A stretch of DNA of 64,000 nucleotides from an uncultured virus (IMG/VR IMGVR_UViG_3300035698_000446). Its lineage: Duplodnaviria; Heunggongvirae; Uroviricota; Caudoviricetes. Below are positions 1 to 9,483 of the stretch, one piece after another; within the stretch, counting starts at the first letter, position 1; each line of letters starts with the position of its first letter. Under the pieces are notes generated by a model. That model ran no database searches, was not told the origin of the DNA, and saw only the letters and a program-made list of their open reading frames with translations. The DNA is taken from IMG/VR virus record IMGVR_UViG_3300035698_000446; one strand, written 5' to 3'. The position numbers were made by a program, and so were the translations under genes.

Positions 1-577
1 TACCTACAGGGCTATCATTGCCTTGTGGTAACTCGTTAGTTGTTTTTCCGTCGTTGCCTTCTGGAATATCATCACTACCTGCTATCTCAATCTTTGGTTG
101 ATTTAATTCTTTAAGGATGCTATCTGCGTTAGCGTATTCTTTTCCAGCTTTGGTTGCGTCTGGATTGTCTGCATACGGTTTGTCAAGCACTGATTCACCT
201 TTCTTATATTCGTGTAGTTCACTTTCACCACTTTCGTTCCAGCGCCAAATCTCTTCTGGATGGTTTTTTGGAACAACTTTAATGTTTGCTTTGGCAATAT
301 TAGCACGTTCAGCTACCACTGATCGAACTTGTTCGTCATTACACGGATATGTTAGAACAGCATCCATTAGATATAGTTCCACAGTACCATGATTAGGAAA
401 ATCAATATCTCCCTCTTTTAATGGTAGACGTTTTGGTTTGCTAAGGCTTTCTAAGCCGTATGTGTTTAGTGCGTTCTCTAACTTATCCATTTTATCTGTC
501 GGATCGTCGTTTGCTATCTTGATACGAAACTCGTACGTATGTTGATTTTCAGCTAGATATTTTAAAAATGTTTTCAT
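1..577 (-). CDS. Hypothetical head-associated/internal protein, partial (runs off left edge)
   Basis: Not in ORF track because it is unterminated. ATG at 577, preceded by AGGA SD and TAAATA (599-604). Manual translation MKTFLKYLAENQHTYEFRIKIANDDPTDKMDKLENAL... is open to position 1. Confidence 0.75.
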   Translation of the reverse strand, partial: MKTFLKYLAENQHTYEFRIKIANDDPTDKMDKLENALNTYGLESLSKPKRLPLKEGDIDFPNHGTVELYLMDAVLTYPCNDEQVRSVVAERANIAKANIKVVPKNHPEEIWRWNESGESELHEYKKGESVLDKPYADNPDATKAGKEYANADSILKELNQPKIEIAGSDDIPEGNDGKTTNELPQGNDSPVG

Positions 578-619
578 AAATTTGTTTCCTATATTTGTTA
601 TTTATCTTGTTAGGACAAA

Positions 620-1132
620 TTAATCTTTGGGTTTTTCACCTAAGATCTGTTTTAACAGTTCGTTGCGGTCTAGTATAATAGCATGACCATCGGCGGCATC
701 TATTAACTTTTCGCCGTCATTTTTGGTGTTTTGTTGGTCTAAACGGGCCTTTTTAAGCTGTAAATCTATCATACGGAGCTTCTTATCTAACTTGGCTTGT
801 TTAGCTGTAATAGCATGCCCTAGCAACGTTCCTGCTGTGGCTAATATGTGTCCTGAAAAGCGTGCTTCAACGTTCATTCCTAGATCAATTAAGTCTTGGA
901 ATTTTTCTTTAGCAAGATCGCTTAGATCATCTAACTCTTTGTCACTGATGTCTAAATCATTAACAAATGGCAGGGCGGCATCAATCTTGTCAATGGCATC
1001 GTCCATGTCTTTAATTACAGCACGTTGAGATTCTATTGATGGGGGAGTCTCAGCAGTGCTATCGGTGTCATTGTTTTCCGTATTTTCCTCTGCTGGAGAT
1101 ATGTTAAATAATTCTTCAAGTTTTTGTGTCAT
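620..1132 (-). CDS. Conserved helical phage protein, possibly terminase small subunit (gp16-like)
   Basis: 170 aa, helical/coiled-coil. Size and C-terminal 'AIILDRNELLKQI' loosely recall T4-like gp16. Next to gp4. Weak resemblance only. Confidence 0.35.
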   Translation of the reverse strand: MTQKLEELFNISPAEENTENNDTDSTAETPPSIESQRAVIKDMDDAIDKIDAALPFVNDLDISDKELDDLSDLAKEKFQDLIDLGMNVEARFSGHILATAGTLLGHAITAKQAKLDKKLRMIDLQLKKARLDQQNTKNDGEKLIDAADGHAIILDRNELLKQILGEKPKD

Positions 1133-1143
1133 AGTAAACGTAT

Positions 1144-1575
1144 TTACCGCTTCTGATTTTTGAATATGTCGTATTCGGTAACAACTCTAAATCGTATTCC
1201 GTTGGCTTTAGCCCAACTGTCGGCCGCGGCCCACTTGGCCATGTTCATAGCAACACTTAATTTGTCTCTATATGACTTAGCGGCTTCCATGGTTGTTTCG
1301 GTGCTTGGTTTTATTTCTATTAATTCAGAATGCTTGCGTTGATTTGCATCTACATAAATCACTAAAAAGTCTGGCACGTATACTGTATTTTTTCCACTGA
1401 CTGGATTGAAGTAGGGTATCCTTATACCTTCGCTGGACCAATTTATTACAGCAGGATTGTTATCACAGAAGCTCATAAAAGTAAACTCCCAACTACTTCT
1501 ATAAGTAGGAGTGCGTTTCCCCATGTACTTCTCTGGATTCTTTATTGTGTATTTTCCTGACGCATACTTAGCCAT
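1144..1575 (-). CDS. gp4: Head completion nuclease (T4 gp4-like, TnsA-N/PD-(D/E)xK fold)
   Basis: Motifs 'KNPEKYMG..TYRSSWE..FM.FCDNNP.V..WSSE.I.IPY', 'YVPDF', 'IEIKP', 'N.AKW.AA' are typical of gp4. Confidence 0.88.
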   Translation of the reverse strand: MAKYASGKYTIKNPEKYMGKRTPTYRSSWEFTFMSFCDNNPAVINWSSEGIRIPYFNPVSGKNTVYVPDFLVIYVDANQRKHSELIEIKPSTETTMEAAKSYRDKLSVAMNMAKWAAADSWAKANGIRFRVVTEYDIFKNQKR

Positions 1576-1581
1576 AATATA

Positions 1582-2217
1582 CTATGCTAGAATACTGCGT
1601 TGGACGTACTTGTCCACTGGTGGAGTGTTGCTAATACCTAATAGGCTGGTGTTAACCCTATTTTGATTCAGTAACATAGTTAGATACGGTGTGAGCTCAT
1701 CTGATTCTTCAGTGTAAGACACGTAGAAATAGTTATAGGCATACTGCCCCTGTCCTAACGCCACTCTTTCCACAGAATATCCTGAAGCAGTTCTTACTGC
1801 TAACACCTGATCAAGATCTTGATATGCTTGATAAAATATGTTCAACGATAATATGTAAAATAGTTGTCCTGATGAATACAATTGTATGTTTGCTACTATG
1901 TCATCGTAGGTTGTATACAAAGTATTTACTGTGCTTGCATCAATTGGGGTGTTTACTGTTGTTCGTCGACCCGCTGGTAACTTTTTAAACTCGTCTATTA
2001 GACTCATTGGGTCTAATCCTTGACTTAATGCTGTATATATTACCGTAGATGCTAATGTTATTCCAGACGCTTTATTACCAGTCACCGATTGGAAATATCC
2101 AACAACAGCATCATTGATATTTGGGCTGGTAGTAAACCTATCATTGAAATAATTGTTAAAGAATTCCGTAGTAGAATTTATATTAGTTTTTGGTGGAAGA
2201 TTTCCGGTGTTAGCCAT
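1582..2217 (-). CDS. Hypothetical protein in tail operon
   Basis: 211-aa ORF tightly packed between gp54-like and gp4 genes. Confidence 0.6.
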   Translation of the reverse strand: MANTGNLPPKTNINSTTEFFNNYFNDRFTTSPNINDAVVGYFQSVTGNKASGITLASTVIYTALSQGLDPMSLIDEFKKLPAGRRTTVNTPIDASTVNTLYTTYDDIVANIQLYSSGQLFYILSLNIFYQAYQDLDQVLAVRTASGYSVERVALGQGQYAYNYFYVSYTEESDELTPYLTMLLNQNRVNTSLLGISNTPPVDKYVQRSILA

Positions 2218-2225
2218 AAGTTATC

Positions 2226-3314
2226 CTAGATAAAAATACTTCCTTGGTTGCTTGACGGAATGTTTGCGTTCTGAGAATTTATGTTTGTTCCGGAATTATT
2301 ACCGCCGGGTAGCGCACCGATTGCTGTAGCAATTCCCCTATTAATTGATCCTGAAGTTGGAACAAAGACCGAACTCAATGGGTTTTGGCCGGACAATATA
2401 TTTTTACCTAACTGTGCTAATTCAGCACCAGCTACTGTTTTAAGATTGGTATTTTTAAAATTTTGAGCTGTGCGGAATCCACCTAATGCGGCACCGACAA
2501 AGTTGCCGTCTTGTAAATTAGTGATGAAGTCTCCAGCACCTTCAACTAATCCGCCTGGGCCTAATATACTAGTTGTTCCACCACCAAGCGAAGTTAGTGG
2601 GCTAGGACTATGATCATAATGTATAGTATTAAATCCTAATACTGTCCCTTCACTTACTGGGCCAGTTGCATACTGTACTGCTTCGTACGCCACTGTCATA
2701 TTATGTTCCATTGGAGCATACTCACCTGATGTATGTTGCCCGTGTTGGAAAGATTGTATCGTTGGTCTAATTAAAGTGTATGAGCTAAAGTTCTTTTGAT
2801 GTAAACTATAGATACGTATAGCATTAATATAGTTTTGTTGTCCTTGGCCACCTAGTGGTGTAAAACCCCACCCTTGTTCTTGTCTTTTCTTATATTTGTG
2901 ATCTTGATTATATATAGGTTCTTGGTGGTCAGCGTCTCTATAGTAGTAGGAATAATATCCATACCAAAAGTCACGCACCACATCAGCTGAATCATCATGG
3001 AATGTAATATTCAATGGATCATAGTTAATCTTTTCTTGTGCTATGTTTTTACGATTGTACGCATTATAAGTTTTTGTTGATATTGAAAATTTAGGTAATG
3101 CTACACTCTTGGCCATCATACCTATTTCAATTTGACTGTTTTGATCTATCTGTGCTACCATTGGATTTAGGTCCATAAAGACATGGTATACTGTACCAAT
3201 CTTAGGACTTAGTCTATATAAGCTATCAATGAAAGTACGTGAGGCATGTTGCCAGTCATGTATTTCATCGCCTGTGCCTACTTGTTTTAAGAACTGATTA
3301 AAGAACCCTGCCAT
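2226..3314 (-). CDS. Tail-tube-fold protein, baseplate tail tube initiator (gp54-like)
   Basis: 'AKSVALPKFSI...NAYNRK....KINYDPLNITFHDD' resembles the gp19/gp54 fold. Directly downstream of tail tube gene, with Gly-rich C-terminus. Confidence 0.65.
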   Translation of the reverse strand: MAGFFNQFLKQVGTGDEIHDWQHASRTFIDSLYRLSPKIGTVYHVFMDLNPMVAQIDQNSQIEIGMMAKSVALPKFSISTKTYNAYNRKNIAQEKINYDPLNITFHDDSADVVRDFWYGYYSYYYRDADHQEPIYNQDHKYKKRQEQGWGFTPLGGQGQQNYINAIRIYSLHQKNFSSYTLIRPTIQSFQHGQHTSGEYAPMEHNMTVAYEAVQYATGPVSEGTVLGFNTIHYDHSPSPLTSLGGGTTSILGPGGLVEGAGDFITNLQDGNFVGAALGGFRTAQNFKNTNLKTVAGAELAQLGKNILSGQNPLSSVFVPTSGSINRGIATAIGALPGGNNSGTNINSQNANIPSSNQGSIFI

Positions 3315-3345
3315 CGTTGTACTCCAATTATACAGTATTTATCCG

Positions 3346-3382
3346 AAAAAAAAGCCCAGGTTTTTAAGCTGGGCTAGTTTAT
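3346..3382 (-). terminator. Intrinsic terminator after tail tube gene
   Basis: Minus strand AGCCCAG-loop-CTGGGCT followed by a U-run. Confidence 0.75.
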
Positions 3383-3399
3383 TTTATTTTTCGTCTGTA

Positions 3400-4017
3400 T
3401 TAACCAGTAATTGTAGTACCTAATGTTCTACCTACTAATGTACCAATACCTGTTTCAAGTGGTGTTTGGATAGCATTATCATAACGTATAGTCATTGCAA
3501 CTGTCATCGGTTCGTTTGTTGCATAGTTAGCATCTGCGTAGTCAGTGTTTGATAGATAGCAACCATATAATTCCCAAGTTTCAAGAACCGTTGCTTCATG
3601 CACACCGTTACCACCATCAAGCACTTCAAATCGTGTAAGGAATTTGTAATCAATTCCAGAACTTGCTGATGCTTGTTCCATAAAGTCAAATTGTTTCTGT
3701 AGTTGTTCGCCAACACGTTTAGTAACTTCGCCACCTGCGTCATCACGCAATGTACAAACCACAGTTTCCCAAGTTGGTTTACCAGCTAGATAAACTTTAC
3801 TGTTGTAAATTGGAATAATCATTTCTTCAAAACTAAGTTTTGGACGAGTAAAGTCAATAACTTGTTTTGTTAATTCAGTTGACGGTTGACTAACCCCAAA
3901 ATTCTCAAAAGTTACGCGAAAGCGGAACTTTAGTTTAGGCATCAACAAGCCTTGACTTGTTGCACTTTGGTTAGTACTTAACGGTACTGTAAATTTACTT
4001 AATGATGCTGTTGCCAT
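3400..4017 (-). CDS. gp19: Tail tube protein
   Basis: 'PKLKFRFRVTF', 'KVYLAGKPTWE', 'ETWELYGCYL...YA...TIRYDNA'. Follows the sheath gene. Confidence 0.88.
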   Translation of the reverse strand: MATASLSKFTVPLSTNQSATSQGLLMPKLKFRFRVTFENFGVSQPSTELTKQVIDFTRPKLSFEEMIIPIYNSKVYLAGKPTWETVVCTLRDDAGGEVTKRVGEQLQKQFDFMEQASASSGIDYKFLTRFEVLDGGNGVHEATVLETWELYGCYLSNTDYADANYATNEPMTVAMTIRYDNAIQTPLETGIGTLVGRTLGTTITG

Positions 4018-4079
4018 TTTATTGTCCTTTTAATGCTTCTTTTAATGCTTTATAGTATTTACCTGTTTTTGCGTTGAGG

Positions 4080-4103
4080 AATAGGAGAGTTTCCTCTCCT
4101 ATT
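4080..4103 (-). terminator. Hairpin after sheath gene (terminator or processing site)
   Basis: Inverted repeat AATAGGAGAG-TTTC-CTCTCCTATT between sheath and tube genes. Confidence 0.55.
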
Positions 4104-4114
4104 AACTACGCATA

Positions 4115-7100
4115 TTAAGTTGTTGTTAAGCTAGCACCAGTGTTAACAATCCTTACTGGAATGTAAACAAACTCAATTGCTTTAACTGGTTTAATAGCGA
4201 TGTCAACATACAATTCATTTCGATCAATACGATCTGGTGTGTTGTTTGAAGTATCACATACTACTAGGTAATCGTATAAACCACGTTTAGCAACTAGATC
4301 GTTTAATACACTTTCAAATGCTGATTTAACTTGGTTACGTGTAATTGTATCATTTGGTTCAAATATGAACGGACGAGCAACTTTGTCTAAGACCAATCTT
4401 AGATAAGCAGTTAGTCTTGATACATTAATCCTATCCAATGCTGATGTTGATGCGGCTCTAGTCTTTTGACCATATGCTACTAATCCAACACCTGGAAGTA
4501 CTGTTAATGGGTTAACTCTGTCAGCATACAACACATCACGAACGCCAACAGTTACACCAATTGACTTGAATGTGTTAGCATCTGCAACATCAATATAACC
4601 GATACTTGTAGCATTGTCAATTAAGCCACGGCGTACACCAGCTGGTGCAAACCAAGGATAGCTAACATTGTCTGAACGTATCATTGTACGCAACATCATA
4701 TGACTTGGAGGAACAACAACACTTTCGCCTGCTAAGTCTGTTGCAAAACCAGATGGATAGTAAACACCTAGGTATTCACTAGAACTTACCAAGCCATCTT
4801 CACCGTTGTCTTGTGCTAGGTTAGTATTCTGTATCCATGCCTGTATGTTACTTACATTCAATGTCAATGGTGAATCACCAATGATAAATGCTGTCTGCTT
4901 ACGATCATTGTTCAATGTAATCATGTTTTGCATTAGTTCTGGATATCCAGGGCAAGCAATGATATTAAACTGTGTATTTTCTTCACGTAACGCTGTGCTT
5001 GATGCGATTGCTGACTTCATAGCTTCAACAACAATATTACGCTGTGCTTTGTGTCCAAAATATGGAACGCCATCTGCATCATTGCCGCTTGAGCTTACCC
5101 AAGATGCTTTGATTGTTGGAACTACTGCACCAGAGAAACTAGCTGGATTAGAGAACCATGTGCTTTCAAATCGTTTAACATTGTATCCACTTCTACGTGT
5201 GTTCCATAGTAGTGTTCCGCGAGCATATAATCTATAGTCAGGACAGTCATCGTCAATGTAATCACTAGTTCCTAATGTAGAGATAGCTACTAGATCATCA
5301 GTGACTGGATTTTTATTTCCGTCTGTGTCCCAACGTGCATCCGCAAATAGGATACCGTCCGTAGTTACTTGATCAGTATTATCTATCAGTTCCCATATTG
5401 ATCCATTGTATCTATAAATTTTAGGATAGTTTTCTAGATCACCTGTAGAAACCCATAAATCACCCGCTACCACTGGACTAGTTCCGTCTGCTTGGTATGT
5501 AGGCTGTGTTGCACTTAGTATAGGGCCACTTGGATCTGTAAGTGTCAAGTCATACCCACGTGAGTCATTGGTTATGTTCTGATAGCCTTTCCAACCTGAG
5601 CCACTCTGGATCATGATGTCAACAGCTAATGCTGAATTGTAATACCAATATGTTCCATCACCTGGATTGCTGTAAGGAGCAGTTGTAGAGTATGTATATG
5701 TTAGTGCTCTAAACGGACTAGCAAGGTATACACTTCCTCCTGATATAATTTGTATATTATTGTCAGAAAGTAGACCTGCTGTTGTTATTGGAGTACCGGT
5801 AACATACGTAAGTTTAATAGTACCACCAGCTAGATGACTAATACTAATAGCACCACTGCTTTCAATTGCGGCAACAATATTTGGCAAGTTTGCAGAAAGT
5901 ATGTCTGCTACCATTGAAGTTGCTGTGGTTCCAGTTAATGTTACTGTTGCTGATTGTGTTGATGCTGATCCTGGTACTGATACTTCCATAGTAAACGAAT
6001 TACCAATGGTGTATGTCTCACTTCCGCCAGCCGCTGTACCTGTAATTTTTAATATGCCAGCTACAAATTTGCGATATAGTTTAAATGTACCGGTTGTTGT
6101 GCCTAATGTATCATATTTTACATAAACAGACCCTGCGACTAAGTCACCACCGCCTGCTACTGGACTTAGTCCATATATGGCGGCATTGTCGTCTGCATAT
6201 AACGGAGCAGTTAGTAAGCTCCAAGTTTCTGTAGTCGTGCTGTATTGTTTAATACCCCAATTAGCACCAGTACCTGTCGCTGATGTTTTAAACCAGACTG
6301 ATCCAGCTGGGCGTGGGTTTGTGTCTGTTACTCTCCATGCCGGAGCATTTCGATATGTATCAAACGCTACTGTTGGTCCAAGCACTGTTTTAAGATTACC
6401 GGAATCATATGCTGTCCATAGACCTAATCTAATGGAACAATCTGTTCCAGGAATACCGTTTGTTCCACCAATTTCAATTCTTAATTGGCCGTCTGCTGTT
6501 GCTCCATCACTTGTAGCTAGGCTATCAGCAAAAAGTTCAAGTTGTCCTGACGCATTTGCTCTAGCACTAACACCTGTAATAGATGCTGTATTAATATCAC
6601 TGGCCGCAACTGTGACTGTACTACCTGTTAATGTAATATTTGAAGCGTTAATCCTCATTGTTTGACCAATGGCCAAGTTAGCCGGGTTAGCAATGCTACC
6701 TGTTATAGTCGGAACTCTGTCTTTCCAATCATCACTACCAACTAATGCCCAAGTATTGTCGTAACCTTTGTAGTATACTGGATTTGAAGAACTTGTAGTA
6801 ACTACAGCATATTCACCAATTGATCCTACAGAACTAATTGGAACTGTACCACTTACTTGTGCAACGTTTGAAATAATTCTTGGAGTAGATTTAACAAAAG
6901 CGTTTCCGTCTGAACCAAATCTATAGATACCCCATTCAGTACCACTGGTGCTTATGTCTAACCAATATGTCGCATCAGCTGGTTCACCAGTTGGACGAAT
7001 GCTTGTGCCTTCTAATTGTGCTAAGTCAACGTTGGCACGTTGTATGTACATTTGATTAGATACACCAAGTGCGCTGTAGGCTGCCAACATACCGTATTCG

Positions 7101-7366
7101 TTACGTTCATCACCATGTAGAGGATTATCAGCTGAATCCACTTCAAAAGCAATTGAACCAAATTTTGTTACTAGATCTCTTTGACTAGTAATATTAAACA
7201 CTTTACCGGCGTTTGCCGCTGTTGTGTAAGGTGCAACTGTTCCTGCTGGAGTAAGTTTATCTTGTTTCGTAGCAACAAGTAAGTAAGCGATTGAACCTGC
7301 CGCTGTTGGAGTATACTGACTTTCATCAGTTACGGTTACTTGTACTCCGGGTGAAATAAGTGCCAT
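4115..7366 (-). CDS. gp18: Tail sheath protein (enlarged, 1083 aa)
   Basis: N-terminal 'ISPGVQVTVTDES'. C-terminal 'PWFAPAGVRRG', 'YGQKT...ALDRINVSRL', 'FIFEPND..TR', 'CDTSNNTPDRIDRNELYVDIAIKPVKAIEFVYI'. Confidence 0.95.
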   Translation of the reverse strand: MALISPGVQVTVTDESQYTPTAAGSIAYLLVATKQDKLTPAGTVAPYTTAANAGKVFNITSQRDLVTKFGSIAFEVDSADNPLHGDERNEYGMLAAYSALGVSNQMYIQRANVDLAQLEGTSIRPTGEPADATYWLDISTSGTEWGIYRFGSDGNAFVKSTPRIISNVAQVSGTVPISSVGSIGEYAVVTTSSSNPVYYKGYDNTWALVGSDDWKDRVPTITGSIANPANLAIGQTMRINASNITLTGSTVTVAASDINTASITGVSARANASGQLELFADSLATSDGATADGQLRIEIGGTNGIPGTDCSIRLGLWTAYDSGNLKTVLGPTVAFDTYRNAPAWRVTDTNPRPAGSVWFKTSATGTGANWGIKQYSTTTETWSLLTAPLYADDNAAIYGLSPVAGGGDLVAGSVYVKYDTLGTTTGTFKLYRKFVAGILKITGTAAGGSETYTIGNSFTMEVSVPGSASTQSATVTLTGTTATSMVADILSANLPNIVAAIESSGAISISHLAGGTIKLTYVTGTPITTAGLLSDNNIQIISGGSVYLASPFRALTYTYSTTAPYSNPGDGTYWYYNSALAVDIMIQSGSGWKGYQNITNDSRGYDLTLTDPSGPILSATQPTYQADGTSPVVAGDLWVSTGDLENYPKIYRYNGSIWELIDNTDQVTTDGILFADARWDTDGNKNPVTDDLVAISTLGTSDYIDDDCPDYRLYARGTLLWNTRRSGYNVKRFESTWFSNPASFSGAVVPTIKASWVSSSGNDADGVPYFGHKAQRNIVVEAMKSAIASSTALREENTQFNIIACPGYPELMQNMITLNNDRKQTAFIIGDSPLTLNVSNIQAWIQNTNLAQDNGEDGLVSSSEYLGVYYPSGFATDLAGESVVVPPSHMMLRTMIRSDNVSYPWFAPAGVRRGLIDNATSIGYIDVADANTFKSIGVTVGVRDVLYADRVNPLTVLPGVGLVAYGQKTRAASTSALDRINVSRLTAYLRLVLDKVARPFIFEPNDTITRNQVKSAFESVLNDLVAKRGLYDYLVVCDTSNNTPDRIDRNELYVDIAIKPVKAIEFVYIPVRIVNTGASLTTT

Positions 7367-7465
7367 GGTATTTTTCCTCTATATAGGTTACTTTAAACTA
7401 TTTATGATTATTTTGTTTTTTTGGTGGTGTTAGCCTGCCCTTTTAAAGGTTCGCTAAATAACTGT

Positions 7466-7816
7466 ATGCAACAGCGATCTTTATGTGTGGCCTGCGGAAA
7501 AAAACCCAGCGCAATTAACTATAAACGTGGGGGGAAGACCTACTATAGGTCTCGCTGTGACAGTTGCATTAGGAAGAAAATTAACAAGCCAATGCCTAAA
7601 CCCAGTTGGATCAAAGCAGGGTACAAGAAAAAACCCGTATGTGAAAAGTGTGGCTTTAAGGCAAGGTACAAAGAACAGTTATTTGTCTATTATATAGACG
7701 GTAATCTAAATAACAATCATCATCTAAATTTAAAAACTATCTGTGCTAACTGCCAATATGAAATTGCTAAAGAAGGACTTGGTTGGACTCAAGGCGATCT
7801 AACTCCGGACTATTAA
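7466..7816 (+). CDS. Zn-binding HNH-like protein (degenerate active site)
   Basis: Four CxxC pairs and 'YYIDGNLNNN...NLKTICANC' HNH-like segment. Start reassigned to ATG 7466, 5 nt after TAAATA. Confidence 0.7.
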   Translation: MQQRSLCVACGKKPSAINYKRGGKTYYRSRCDSCIRKKINKPMPKPSWIKAGYKKKPVCEKCGFKARYKEQLFVYYIDGNLNNNHHLNLKTICANCQYEIAKEGLGWTQGDLTPDY

Positions 7817-8453
7817 CAGAAAGAAACTCCTCAACTTGATCATATAGATCATCAAGTGTGTGATCATTGGTCATAGTTGCATCAAACTTTTGACCTACCC
7901 AACTGTACTCGCTAGCATGTACCTCTAACTCTTCTAATTTGGACCTACTTATTGCCCAACTAAAGTTTTGTTTAGGCCCTTTGTTATATTGTACTGCCGA
8001 ATTATACCACTCAGGTTCCGGCCCACGCTTAACCCTAAGTACTTCGCCACCCATTGTTTTAATTGCTTTGAGCTCATTGGGGAAACGGCAGTCTGTAATT
8101 ACTATGTCGTCTTTGGTATTTGCTAGTTTGTGTTCTAAGCTGGCTATCCACATGTTGTTGTGGAATGTTTTGCGTACTACATCAGTTCCCCAATACTGTA
8201 ATACCCATCTAGGAGTTAGATGTGGCATATTAAGTCGTTTGGCCCACCATTGGTCTACAGTTTCTCTCCACTCGCGGCTTTGTTTGCTACGACCTTCTAA
8301 GAGGTCTCTATCCCAATCAAATGCGGCCGCTACTGCGTCCTTTAATGAATCTGCGAATGATTCGCGTTTGTATCCATGAATGTTGACTAGGTAGTCGGCA
8401 ATAGTATCTTTGCCACTGCCCATAAAACCACATATACCAATTATTGATGACAT
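7767..8453 (-). CDS. gp1: Deoxynucleoside monophosphate kinase (T4 gp1-like)
   Basis: P-loop 'IIGICGFMGSGKDT', 'SFADSLKD', 'TPRWVLQYWGTD', 'ITDCRFPNE', 'HASE'. Confidence 0.9.
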   Translation of the reverse strand: MSSIIGICGFMGSGKDTIADYLVNIHGYKRESFADSLKDAVAAAFDWDRDLLEGRSKQSREWRETVDQWWAKRLNMPHLTPRWVLQYWGTDVVRKTFHNNMWIASLEHKLANTKDDIVITDCRFPNELKAIKTMGGEVLRVKRGPEPEWYNSAVQYNKGPKQNFSWAISRSKLEELEVHASEYSWVGQKFDATMTNDHTLDDLYDQVEEFLSVNSPELDRLESNQVLL

Positions 8454-8476
8454 TTCGTTCCTTTCATTGAACTACT

Positions 8477-8505
8477 ATTATAACTAGTATAGACTGCAAG
8501 GTCAA
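8477..8505 (-). promoter_or_regulatory. Sigma70-type early promoter for dNMP kinase
   Basis: TTGACC-17 bp-TATAAT on minus strand. Confidence 0.75.
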
Positions 8506-8512
8506 GTAAATT

Positions 8513-9436
8513 TTAACCAATAACCCACCACATTGGTTGCCCGCCGTCTATGTATAGTTTGATCTCTTCGTCGAGCTTATCTAGTAGTGCAAGGCCTTCT
8601 TGTTTAAGTGCTGTACCGTTTAATGTAGTACCGCCTTGTGGGCCTGCAATTGTAGCAAATTTCTCACGTGCCTGCCCAATACTGATTGATGTAAGAGCAT
8701 AGGCATAGTCTTGTATCCACGGAAATGCTTGAGGATCATTTAGTAATATTTGATCTGGTTTGTAGTTGTATGTCCATAGCAATACACTTTCTTTTACTAT
8801 GTCTGGACCTTGTATGCCACCCCATGGAATTTTTCGCACTATGGTTAATTTTTTAGTAACCTTATTCCATGTAAAATTCATAAACCCGCCAAACATCTTC
8901 ATAGCTAACTCTTGATATCCAGTGAATAGTTCATATTGAGCTAGGCCGCCAATACGTCCAGCTACCAACATATAAGTGTTTAGGTATCCTGATGCGAATG
9001 GTTCAAATTGGCTAGCTGTTGTTCCTGTTACTGATCCAATTCCACGACGGAATATCTGTTTGACATCAATAATGTAGTTAGGTAGTATGTATTCTTGTGT
9101 CTCTGGGTAAACATCTAAGAACACGTAGCTCTCTTCAACGGCATTAGAACTGCGTTGCCTGTATCTGTTGAATGCCTGTTTGATACCCATCTCAAAATGT
9201 TCTTGATCAGCTTCAACATCAATCATTCCATAGCCTAATCTTAAACGTATGTAGTCAATGATGTCAGCTCTAACGGATGCTACAGAATCTAACTGTGCCT
9301 GTAGATTAGCGTCAAACGCTATGTGTCCGGCACCACTACCTGTAACATTAGAATACAGATTCTTTGGTTCAACTGTTAGGGTAGAAGTCAGGTTACCTGA
9401 GGTGTTTGATATAAATTCTGGTAATTCGTTGGGCAT
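8513..9436 (-). CDS. gp13: Neck protein (T4 gp13-like)
   Basis: 'IDYIRLRLGYGMIDVE', 'WIQDYAYAL...GQAREKF..IAGPQGGTTLNG..LKQEG' match the gp13 pattern. Confidence 0.85.
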   Translation of the reverse strand: MPNELPEFISNTSGNLTSTLTVEPKNLYSNVTGSGAGHIAFDANLQAQLDSVASVRADIIDYIRLRLGYGMIDVEADQEHFEMGIKQAFNRYRQRSSNAVEESYVFLDVYPETQEYILPNYIIDVKQIFRRGIGSVTGTTASQFEPFASGYLNTYMLVAGRIGGLAQYELFTGYQELAMKMFGGFMNFTWNKVTKKLTIVRKIPWGGIQGPDIVKESVLLWTYNYKPDQILLNDPQAFPWIQDYAYALTSISIGQAREKFATIAGPQGGTTLNGTALKQEGLALLDKLDEEIKLYIDGGQPMWWVIG

Positions 9437-9483
9437 TAGTTTTATCCTGTTATTCTGTATTTATGCTGAACAACAGGATAAAT

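Noticed and set aside
103..392. Two short track ORFs at the left edge
   Set aside because: Both overlap the longer unterminated minus-strand gene starting at 577, which has an SD and a late promoter.
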